Shown here: one piece after another, positions 12,829 through 24,600 of the stretch
How the letters are laid out: each line of letters starts with the position of its first letter
Numbering within the stretch: position 1 is the stretch's first letter
Assembly (NCBI GenBank): GCA_964016885.1
Contig: OZ024740.1
Location: 202,430,001-202,494,000 of the forward strand
Direction of reading: 5' to 3'
Origin: Eledone cirrhosa
Taxonomy: Eukaryota
Length of the DNA stretch: 64,000 bases
The notes under the pieces: model-generated
The model's database searches: none
Told to the model about the DNA's origin: nothing
The model's input: the letters and a program-made list of their open reading frames with translations, nothing else
Position numbers and translations under genes: made by a program

Positions 12829-13122
12829 CATCATCGTTTATTGTCCATTTTCCATGCTAACATGGGTTAGACAGGTTGTCCCATTTGAGGCAAGTTGGGT
12901 CAGGAGACTGTCTTACTCATATAGAACTGTTTCTGGCAAGATTTCTACAGCTGGATGACCTTCCTAATGCCAACCACATTTACAGTGAATGCTAGGTGCT
13001 TTTTGTCATGACTCCTACATGACCACTTTACAGTGTGGGATGGATGCTTTTTGTCATGACACCTACATGACTACTTTACAGTGTGGGATGGATGCTTTTT
13101 GTCGTGACACCTACATGACTAC
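12829..13122 (-). mobile_element. RTE-tailed SINE / RTE 3' UTR-related repeat with three internal 48-bp tandem units (12975-13122)
   Basis: (CAT)n tail, CCATGCTAACATGGGTT, GGATGACCTTCCTAATGCCAACCAC core homologous to 4746-5016; unit CACTTTACAGTGTGGGATGGATGCTTTTTGTCATGACACCTACATGAC. Confidence 0.7.
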
Positions 13123-14033
13123 TAGACATAATCTGTCAACCCATTTTAACACAACCACCTGATTCTTGGATGGATTTAGCAAAGTCCACTCGATTGCAAG
13201 CATCTAGGCCAGATCTCCAGTTTAAGGACACCTCCATCTCCTCCCTCCATTATAAACCATTAAAAAAATACTTGGCTTTATCAGCTCAATCTGTTATAAG
13301 TACTCTATTGTTAACACTCACACATGTACACACACATGCTCACATACACATGTATTATACAATCTGCCTTTTGTATTGTCATCAACAAAGACTGCATTTT
13401 TCTAAACTTATTGTTTAGCCCCAGGTTAGCCTTGATAGAGCAGGACCTATGATTAAAAGTGTTCCAGCTATGACTATTCTACTTTTCAAATATATCTACA
13501 AATACATTCATTACTCATTTATCCTTCAATTTCTTTGACTATAGTGTGTGGTTTGGTAGAACTTTGGTTGCTATTACTAGCCTCTCAAGTGATACATACA
13601 TGTTTTCTCATTGGCTTGTTTAAACATCTCATTGTCTACCCTGCCTATTATGCCATTGTATTCTACCCCCATCACGAGTGAAGTCATCTAGACATTTCTT
13701 GTATTGTATAGGCACAGGTATGTGTGTGTGATTTGTAACCATGTGGAGTCGTGTTTGGACAAGTGTCTTTGATTACAGCTTCACGCTAACCAATGCCTTG
13801 TGTGTGAATTTAGAAGCCAGAAGTTGCAGACATATCATCATCATCACTACAATTTAATATTGCTCATTGTGTCCTTGACCTGGCTGGGGAAAGATGTGGT
13901 GGAAATGGGATGGGGAGGAAAAAGCTACATGTTGCCAGGGTAGGAGGTCATCCAACTGTAGGAGAGAGAGAGTATAGGGTTGTGGAAGTGGCCTTGTAGT
14001 GAGTGAGTGATATTTAAACACACACACGAGTGT

Positions 14034-14111
<78 letters not shown>

Positions 14112-14671
14112 AAAATGTGAATTTCTGTGGATGTGTCCACATGGCTTTCTGATTTTGGCAAATATAAGCATAGTAGTTAAATATTAAAATAAGTAGACAA
14201 CAAAATCAAATGTCTTTGCAAGTTCCTGTTTTTTTCCTTTTATTATAGGCAATTCACTACATTGCATACTCCTAGAATATAGGCTTTGGAGTATCCAAGT
14301 GTGGGTTAAATCAGCTGCTTTATTTGAAAATATGTTTGAATCTTATTGAAGGTCTTGTGCTGGGCTGTTCCAATCATGCCCTGCTTATTACTGGTTCATG
14401 TCACATATTTAATTAATTATGTTGCAGTTCACCATTTTGTGAGAATAAACATTGTATTAAATTAAATAAACCACAAGACAAAGTATGTTTGTGTGAGTTC
14501 ATAACATTTGCATATCAAAAATATAGGTTCTCCCTTTTCATACATTTGTATATATTAATACATTATAGAACACATGCACTCACAGATACTCACACAAGCA
14601 GAACAGTAACTGTAAAGCAGTAGTTCTGCTAGTATGTATGTGTGTGTGTATATATATATATAAACACACAC

Positions 14672-14713
<42 letters not shown>

Positions 14714-14714
14714 T

Positions 14715-14911
14715 ATACCACTGTAAGGTGGTCATGTAGGAGTCATGACAAAAAGCACCCAGCACACTCTGTAATTGTGGTTGACATTAGGAAGGGCGTC
14801 CAGCCATAGAACTCTAGCCAGATACAGTCACCTGACCCAACTTGCCTCAAATAGGACATCCTGTCTAACCCATGCTAGTGTTGAAAATGGACGTTAAATG
14901 ATGATGATGAT
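14715..14911 (+). mobile_element. RTE-tailed SINE / RTE 3' UTR-related repeat
   Basis: TTAGGAAGGGCGTCCAGC core...AACCCATGCTAG...GGACGTTAAATGATGATGATGAT tail; homologous to 4746-5016. Confidence 0.7.
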
Positions 14912-14959
14912 AATATAAATAAATATATATATATATAATATATACACACACATACCCCT

Positions 14960-16330
14960 AAGGATAATATATGCTGCCTAAAGTTGCCACATTTCAATGA
15001 AAAGTTTACAGCTGCCATCAGACAAGCCATCCGTAGGGAGAGACTGAATAACTGAATATACGACTGGCACACTTGGGACCCTCATTGAGGGGACTGCTCC
15101 ACAGACACCAACCCACATACAGTGATATACACACACTTCCTAATTGTCCCGTCGACAACACTGAAGTGTGTATGAGAGCTTATGTGGTCTATACAATCAC
15201 ATGCAAACTATATAATAATAATAATAATGAAATATTGTGTACAGTGCTCAGGTGCACTACAACTCATCAAAAAGTGTATGTATAGTACATAGGGTAATGT
15301 ACAAACGTCAGGAAAATGAACAGTGCATGAGTCATGATATACACGTGTGCATGTGTATGGAAGGGGTACATCAGGTGTAGTTTTGGCGTATTTCGGGAAG
15401 CATGAGTGTTTTAAAGGATGCAGTGTCTCGGCAGCTAACAACTGACGCAGGCAGTTTGTTCCATGCTTCAGCAACTCTGAGCGTGAAAAAATGTTTACGA
15501 AAGTCATGGGAGCTGTGCTGTTTTCTGATGTTGTAGGCATGTCCACGTGTGTTAAACACATGGAGATCAAAAAGGTGCTCAGGGTTGTTGTTGGCGAGAT
15601 GGTTAATAACTTTGTGGCTGTTTACCAAGTCCATTGCCAGACGTCGGAGCTTCAATGAATCCATGCCCAAGGAAGCAAGGCGTTCAGAGTATGGTAGGTG
15701 TCTGATGGAGGGTATGCACTTGGTTGCACGTCTCTGAACAGTTTCCAGGTGGTCAATGTGTTCTGAGCAAGATAGGGGTTCCAGACTGATGATGCGAATT
15801 CCAAGTGTGGTCGTACCATAGCTGTATACAGTTTTAAATAGATGGCTGGAGAGCTAACAAAGGTCTTGCTGAGTGATGCCAAGATACCCTCGGCCTTCTT
15901 GACAATCTTAGAGACATGCTTTGTCCAACGCAAATCGCTGCTGTAGCTCCTCTTACATCAGAATTACTCTAAGGAGGCTATATATATGGATTAAGAAGCA
16001 TGTGACAATGAGAGCCTTTTCTGATAAAAAGCATCTTGACAGATGCCACAGCCAAGACATTCAGGTCAACATAGAAGTAACTGAAAGGAATATAGGCAAT
16101 TTTCAGATTAAAGAGGCCATTTTCATCAATCAAATAAAACCAGGGATAAATAATAGGTCAGAAATGCATGAGGCAGAATGGTTACTATAGCAACCCTGCA
16201 CATGCATTTTGCATACACATCGACCAGTTAGGGAAGAAAACTTTGATTGCTCATCTTGGACTGTTTCAGCTTCGCATCTGGAAAGAGGGTAATAGCCTTG
16301 AAATACCATGCCAAAATACACTGGGTAAAA
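14960..16330 (+). mobile_element. Penelope-like element 3' fragment (GIY-YIG endonuclease region plus degenerate hammerhead), split by a CR1 insertion
   Basis: LKLPHFNEKFTAAIRQAIRRE...CPVDNTEVCMRAYVVYTITCKL | CSSSYIRITLRRLYIWIKKH...KHLDRC...KEAIFINQIKPGINNRSE fits the PLE VY..YIG.T.R.L..R..EH...E...I....P..N pattern; hammerhead-like remnant at 16271-16314. Confidence 0.8.
15211..15941 (-). mobile_element. 5'-truncated CR1-clade LINE (ORF2 C-terminus, (ATT)n tail)
   Basis: LYTAMVRPHLEFASSVWNPY...VQRRATK...YSERL...TRGH...FFTLRVAEAWNKLP; one frameshift near 15750. Confidence 0.9.
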
Positions 16331-16585
16331 CATTACTTTGTTTTGTTTCATTTGTCATTATATATATATACACATACTCACTCTCACCCCCACTCACACA
16401 TCTCTCTCTATATATATATATTTATATCATCATCATCATTATCATCTAGTGAAAGAAGCAGTAACTAGCTGAAACTGCTGACCTCACATTAGATCTTCTA
16501 CTTTCATTAATATACCCACTCTACATTTTACCCTATATTGAGTACTTTGATTTGTGGTCCTCCCAGTCCCAGTACTGCAGACTAT

Positions 16586-16626
<41 letters not shown>

Positions 16627-18433
16627 ATGCTCTGCTGGTAATTAAAAATTAAACTCACAACTTTACTATCATGGGCCAAACACCCTAACCACTATGCCAT
16701 TATGATTGATAGACAAACACCCTAACCACCTTCATTATGATTGATATAACAACAATATATTGAGAATACATTATAAGTATGTTGACCATCCCAACTAAAC
16801 TAAAGTCCATCTATAGAGAACTGACAGCTAACCACTTGGTGATGACATAGTAAATAACAAGATGTAATAGACTGCTTGAAATGGGGATAGTCAAGCAGCA
16901 GTTATTTAGAAATTATGTAAACAACTCGTGCCCCAGCATGACCACAGTCTAATTACTGAAAATAATAAAAGAATAAAACAGCAAATATTCACAAGTTTTA
17001 GTGATGATAAACTAAGTTTGGCAACAAATTAACAGAATTTGTGGGTTTGTCTCTGCATATACGTTTGTGTGGGCAGTTGGTGATGTTAGTTTATGTCCTG
17101 TATAAACAATGTCTTACAGCTGAGCTGTTTGAATGGAGGGAAGATCAGAGGCCTTACATAAAAATACAAACAAAACAAGTAAGGATTAACATACAGACAA
17201 ACACACATAAGATTGAAATAAAGCTATAGTAACCCTTTTGACACTACCTCCAGTTCTACAATGCTCTGATCGATCGGCAAGATCCCAGATCTCATTTGCT
17301 TGCCAAGTGGGGTGGACTCTGTCAATCGGACAAAAGAAACTGTTTCTATTACTAATACTATCTACCGGTCGCAACTCCTGGCAGAAGGAGCAATGTGAAA
17401 TAAAGTGTCTTGCTCAAGGATACAACGCATAGCCACTAAGCCACACGCCTTCACAATGCAAAAAACAACATTTATTATATTTCAAACACCAGTTTAATTC
17501 TTTCATTACTGTATTTCTACTGAAATATTTAAAGTATTTATTGAAAATTTGCAAAGTATTTACTAAAATTATAATTTCATTAAGATGATATTCATTACAA
17601 CAAAATGTTGTTATATAAAATTATGCTGGAAGGTTTAATTTAAAATGGGTGTATTTATTTCATAGAAATAGAGGTGGTTTTGGTATCAGGGGGATTTACT
17701 AAATCCCTCCAAATTCTTGATTATTTTCAAAAGGATTTGAAAATTATAGGTTATGTTTTTCATATGAAATATTGTAATGACAGGTTTAAACAAAGTTATA
17801 TTTCCTTGAAAATTAGTGAATTAAAACCATTCAGGATTATTTTATTTTTAATAAGATTTTGTCAGCCTGAGTCACACCATTGGGTCAGGGTAAATATTAC
17901 AAAACAAGAATAAATGTAGTGTCCTGAGATATTTCTAACTAAATATAGCTTTGTTTCAACTTTATCTGTGTATCCTTGCAGTAGTTACTTCAGCTCTCTG
18001 CACTCACAGTTAAAGTTGCACCAAGAACAACTTTGTCTTTCATACTTAGTAAAATAAAGTACCAGTCCAAAGCAGTGGATTAACAGAATTGTTAGAGTAT
18101 TGGATGAAATGAATTGCAGTACTTGTTCCGAGTTCAAATCCCACTGTGGCCTACTTGATCTGTTACCTGTAGTAAAATTCATTCTGTTGCAAGCATTCAG
18201 ACCAGGTCTGTTATGTTACCTTACCACTACTGATTCCTCTCAGAATCCACCAGTCCTCCTATAAAATCATTATAGTCCCCTGCCACTATCTTCTGGTTAA
18301 CTTTTTTGATACCAACCTGCCTCTGGTTTTATAACATGAAACCACTTGTTTTAAAAGGTTCCTATTTGAATTAAAATCTTCCAGTATAATTTGATATAAA
18401 TACCATTGGTGAGGTTATATATACCATAATAAT

Positions 18434-18600
18434 AATTGTTTCTACTTTTGGCACAAGGCCAGAAATTATCCCACTGGTACTTTATTTTATCGACCCCATA
18501 AGGATGAAAGGCAAAGCTAACCGTTGCAGGATTTGAACTCATAGACTAAAGGGCCATAACTCTATGCCACAAAACATATTGTCTGATGCTCTACTGATAC
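18434..18600 (-). mobile_element. tRNA-derived SINE
   Basis: Minus: GAGTTCAAATCC B-box, GCCTTTCATCCTTATGGGGTCGATAAAATAAAGTACCAG core, GGCCTTGTGCCAAAAGTAGAAAC end. Confidence 0.75.
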
Positions 18601-18720
18601 TGCCTTCCACTGCCGTTATTAATGAAATGATTAGTAATTTTATTAAAACCCTTTAAATTCTTCATTAATAAATTGAAATGGTGTATATTTTCTGAAGGTG
18701 CATGATCTATGAAAGCACAT

Positions 18721-18770
18721 TGGCCTAGTGGTTAGGATGGTTGACTAATGATCATGGGTTCAAGACAGTC
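18721..18770 (+). promoter_or_regulatory. Pol III type-2 internal promoter (tRNA-derived SINE head)
   Basis: A box TGGCCTAGTGG and B box GGTTCAAGAC at tRNA-like spacing. Confidence 0.5.
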
Positions 18771-19099
18771 ACGCAACCCAACTTGCCTTATTTGAGGCAA
18801 GTTGGGTCGGGTGACTGTCTTGCTCGTATATATATAGTAATAATAATAAATATGAAGACTAAAATCCAAAGAGGGCTCGATAAGGATAAAGATATATAAA
18901 ATATATAAGAACCCTAGAAGATCCCGTTAAGGGTGAAAGCAGCGATTCTTTGCTTAAACTTTAATCTCTTATTTTAATAAATATATATATATATATAGAG
19001 AGAGAGAAACCAGTCCTAAACTATATTGTATATTCTGACAAGTGGCAGTAGGTCATTGTCATTTAAACTTTGTAGGTGTGTGAGAAACAAACACCCACA

Positions 19100-19715
19100 C
19101 ATACTTTCATGTGCACACTCACATATGCCTACATACATACACACAAATACATAGACATTTGCATACACCTACACATATAACCAGAAACTCTTACATACAC
19201 ACACACACACACATATATGTACGTACACACACCTACACACAAATACACAAACTCTCTCTCTCTCACATATATACACATATATCACACACATACACAAGCT
19301 CTTTCATACACACATCCACAAACTCTCTCTCTCCCTCTCTCTCTCACACACACATAAACTCTCCCTCTCTCTCTCTCACACACACTCTTTCTCTCTCTCT
19401 CTCTATCTCACACATACACATAAACTCTCTCTCTTTCTCACACAAACTCTTTCTCTCTCTCTCTCCCTCTCTCTCACACACAAACTCTCTCTCTCTCACA
19501 TATATACACATATATCACACACATACACAAGCTCTTTCATACACACATCCACAAACTCTCTCTCTCCCTCTCTCTCTCACACACACATAAACTCTCTCTC
19601 TCTCTCTCTCACACACTCTTTCTCTCTCTCTCTCTATCTCACACATACACATAAACTCTCTCTCTTTCTCACACAAACTCTTTCTCTCTCTCTCTCCCTC
19701 TCTCTCACACACAAA

Positions 19716-19747
<32 letters not shown>

Positions 19748-19752
19748 TACAC

Positions 19753-19790
<38 letters not shown>

Positions 19791-19846
19791 ACACACACAC
19801 AAACTCTCTCACACACATACACACAAACTCTCTCTCACACATATAC

Positions 19847-19878
<32 letters not shown>

Positions 19879-19925
19879 ACATACACACAAACTATCCCTC
19901 ACACACATACACACAAACTATCCCT
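19100..19925. repeat. CA/CT low-complexity tract with a ~233-bp tandem duplication
   Basis: CAAGCTCTTTCATACACACATCCAC at 19295 and 19528. Confidence 0.85.
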
Positions 19926-20909
19926 CACACACATACACACAAACTCTCTATCACACACATACACAAACTATCCCTCACACACATACACACAAACTCTCTC
20001 TCACACACATACACAAACTCTCTCTGACACACATACACAAACTCTCTCTCACACACATACACAAACTCTCCCTCACACACATACACAAACTCTCCCTCAC
20101 ACACATACACAAACTCTCTCTCACACACATACACAAACTCTCTCTCACACACATACACAAACTCTCCCTCACACACATACACAAACTCTCCCTCACACAC
20201 ATACACAAACTCTCTCTCACACACATACACAAACTCTCTCTCACACACATACACAAACTCTCTCTCACACACATACACAAACTCTCTCACACACATACAC
20301 AAACTCTCTCTCACACACATACACAAACTCTCTCTCACACACATACACAAACTCTCTCTCACACACATACACAAACTCTCTCACACACATACACAAACTC
20401 TCTCTCACACACATACACAAACTCTCTCTCACACACATACACAAACTCTCTCACACACATACACAAACTCTCTCTCACACACATACACAAACTCTCTCTC
20501 ACACACATACACAAACTCTCTCTCACACACATACACAAACTCTCTCTCACACACATACACAAACTCTCTCACACACATACACAAACTCTCTCTCACACAC
20601 ATACACAAACTCTCTCTCACACACATACACAAACTCTCTCTCACACACATACACAAACTCTCTCACACACATACACAAACTCTCTCTCACACACATACAC
20701 AAACTCTCTCTCACACACATACACAAACTCTCTCTCACACACATACACAAACTCTCTCTCACACACATACACAAACTCTCTCACACACATACACAAACTC
20801 TCTCTCACACACATACACAAACTCTCTCTCACACACATACACAAACTCTCTCACACACATACACAAACTCTCTCTCACACACATACACAAACTCTCTCTC
20901 ACACATACA
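19926..20909. repeat. 22/24-bp minisatellite (CACACATACACAAACTCTCTCTCA)n
   Basis: About 40 units differing mainly by one CT; source of the MCVRESLC ORFs. Confidence 0.95.
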
Positions 20910-21369
20910 TCAAAAGTAAAAACAAATCTAAACACCCGATACTGTCATGTTTATCAGGTTTATTAAGGATTTATAAGAATGTTTATTTTGTTTCCTCCTA
21001 TTTATAAATTAAATTAATAAGCCTTGAAAAGTGAAGTTAAACAATGATGATGATGATATTTTTTATTATCTCCTTGTCAAACACTGAATTGTATTTCGTG
21101 ATCAAATTTCTAATGAAATATACTTTATCTAAATTAATTAATGAAGAATTTTGAGGGATTTACTAAATTAAAATTATTGATTATTTCATTACTAAGATAG
21201 TAACTTAACATAGGGTTCTTATTTAAAATTATGTTGGAAGATTTTTATGTAAATAGAAACCCTTTAAAATGGCTGTGTTGCATAAAACCACAGCCAGTTT
21301 TGGCAGTGTTGATATGAATAAGATTAACTCATAAATAATTTCATTACATAGCTAAATCGAATTTAGTTC

Positions 21370-21520
21370 TTCTGATACCCAAACCATTTTATAATGGTAG
21401 GATTAACATGATTTTCATGGTTTCTATGACTGACAGCCCTTCCCAACACCAATCTCTTTACACAGTGTGCTGGGTACATTTTATCATGGCACCAGTACTA
21501 GAGAGGTTGTCATGTCCTCC
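21370..21520 (-). mobile_element. Degenerate RTE 3' UTR-related SINE flanking the satellite
   Basis: TTTCTATGACTGACAGCCCTTCCCAACACCAATC...TACACAGTGTGCTGGGT resembles the core at 12940-13000. Confidence 0.5.
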
Positions 21521-21603
21521 TTTGCAAGTCTAAAGAGTTCTTTCTACTCCATGTTGTCTCTGTTTATTCAAATCAAATGTGACTGAATGTGGGTACAAAA
21601 CGT

Positions 21604-24600
21604 GAACTGATTACCATGTGGTTGATACAGAACATGAACTGATGACTATGGGGTTGATACAGAACATGAACTGATGACCATGGGGTTGATACAGAACATG
21701 AACTGATGACTATGGGGTTGATACAGAACATGAACTGATGACTATGGGGTTGATACAGAACATGAACTGATGACTATGGGGTTGATACAGAACATGAACT
21801 GATGACTATGGGGTTGATACAGAACATGAACTGATGACTATGGGGTTGATACAGAACATGAACTGATGATTATGGGGTTGATACAGAACATGAACTGATG
21901 ACTATGGGGTTGATACAGAACATGAACTGATGACTATGGGGTTGATACAGAACATGAACTGATGACTATGGGGTTGATACACAACAGGAACTGATGACTA
22001 TGGGGTTGATACAGAACATGAACTGATGACCATGGGGTTGATACAGAACATGAACTGATGACTATGGGGTTGATACAGAACATGAACTGATGACTATGGG
22101 GTTGATACAGAACATGAACTGATGACTATGGGGTTGATACAGAACATGAACTGATGACTATGGGGTTGATACAGAACATGAACTGATGACTATGACATTG
22201 ATACAAACCATGAACTGATGACTATGACGTTGATACAGAACATGAACTGATGACCATGACGTTGATACAGAACATGAACTGATGACTATGGGGTTGATAC
22301 AGAACATGAACTGATGACTATGAGGTTGATACAGAACATGAACTGATGACTATGGGGTTGATACAGAACATGAACTGATGACTATGGGGTTGATACATAA
22401 CATGAACTGATGACTATGGGGTTGATACAGAACATGAACTGATGACTATGAGGTTAATACAGAACATGAACTGATGACTATGGGGTTGATACAGAACATG
22501 AACTGATGACTATGGGTTGATACAGAACATGAACTGATGACTATGGGGTTGATACAGAACATGAACTGATGACTATGGGGTTGATACAGAACATGAACTG
22601 ATGACTATGGGGTTGATACAGAACATGAACTGATGACTATGGGGTTGATACAGAACATGAACTGATGACCATGGGGTTGATACAGAACATGAACTGATGA
22701 CTATGAGGTTGATACAGAACATGAACTGATGACTATGGGGTTGATACAGAACATGAACTGATGACCATGGGGTTGATACAGAACATGAACTGATGACCAT
22801 GACGTTGATACAGAACATGAACTGATGACCATGGGGTTGATACAGAACATGAACTGATGACTATGGGGTTGATACAGAACATGAACTGATGACCATGACG
22901 TTGATACAGAACATGAACTGATGACCATGGGGTTGATACAGAACATGAACTGATGACTATGGGGTTGATACAGAACATGAACTGATGACTATGGGGTTGA
23001 TACAGAACATGAACTGATGACCATGGGGTTGATACAGAACATGAACTGATGACCATGACGTTGATACAGAACATGAACTGATGACCATGGGGTTGATACA
23101 GAACATGAACTGATGACTATGGGGTTGATACAGAACATGAACTGATGACTATGGGGTTGATACAGAACATGAACTGATGACTATGGGGTTGATACAGAAC
23201 ATGAACTGATGATTATGAGGTTGATACAGAACATGAACTGATGACTATGGGGTTGATACAGAACATGAACTGATGACCATGGGGTTGATACAGAACATGA
23301 ACTGATGACCATGACGTTGATACAGAACATGAACTGATGACCATGGGGTTGATACAGAACATGAACTGATGACTATGGGGTTGATACAGAACATGAACTG
23401 ATGACTATGGGGTTGATACAGAACATGAACTGATGACCATGGGGTTGATACAGAACATGAACTGATGACTATGAGGTTGATACAGAACATGAACTGATGA
23501 TTATGGGGTTGATACACAACATGAACTGATGACTATGGGGTTGATACAGAACATGAACTGATGACTATGGGGTTGATACACAACATGAACTGATGACTAT
23601 GGGGTTGATACAGAACATGAACTGATGACTATGACGTTGATACAGAACATGAACTGATGACTATGGGGTTGATACAGAACATGAACTGATGACTATGGGG
23701 TTGATACAGAACATGAACTGATGACTATGAGGTTGATACAGAACATGAACTGATGACTATGGGGTTGATACAGAACATGAACTGATGACTATGAGGTTGA
23801 TACAGAACATGAACTGATGACTATGGGGTTGATACAGAACATGAACTGATGATTATGGGGTTGATACAGAACATGAACTGATGACTATGGGGTTGATACA
23901 GAACATGAACTGATGACTATGGGGTTGATACAGAACATGAACTGATGACTATGGGGTTGATACAGAACATGAACTGATGACTATGGGGTTGATACAGAAC
24001 ATGAACTGATGACTATGGGGTTGATACAGAACATGAACTGATGACTATGGGGTTGATACAGAACATGAACTGATGACCATGACGTTGATACAGAACATGA
24101 ACTGATGACTATGGGGTTGATACAGAACATGAACTGATGACTATGACGTTGATACAGAACATGAACTGATGACTATGGGGTTGATACAGAACATGAACTG
24201 ATGATTATGGGGTTGATACAGAACATGAACTGATGACTATGGGGTTGATACAGAACATGAACTGATGACTATGAGGTTGATACAGAACATGAACTGATGA
24301 TTATGGGGTTGATACACAACATGAACTGATGACTATGGGGTTGATACAGAACATGAACTGATGACTATGGGGTTGATACACAACATGAACTGATGACTAT
24401 GGGGTTGATACAGAACATGAACTGATGACTATGACGTTGATACAGAACATGAACTGATGACTATGGGGTTGATACAGAACATGAACTGATGATTATGGGG
24501 TTGATACAGAACATGAACTGATGACTATGAGGTTGATACAGAACATGAACTGATGACTATGGGGTTGATACAGAACATGAACTGATGACTATGGGGTTGA

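Noticed and set aside
18712-18790. tRNA gene
   Set aside because: A and B boxes only; no acceptor stem or cloverleaf.
19111-20844. HTHT, CVRE and ERER ORFs
   Set aside because: Translations of CA/CT repeats.
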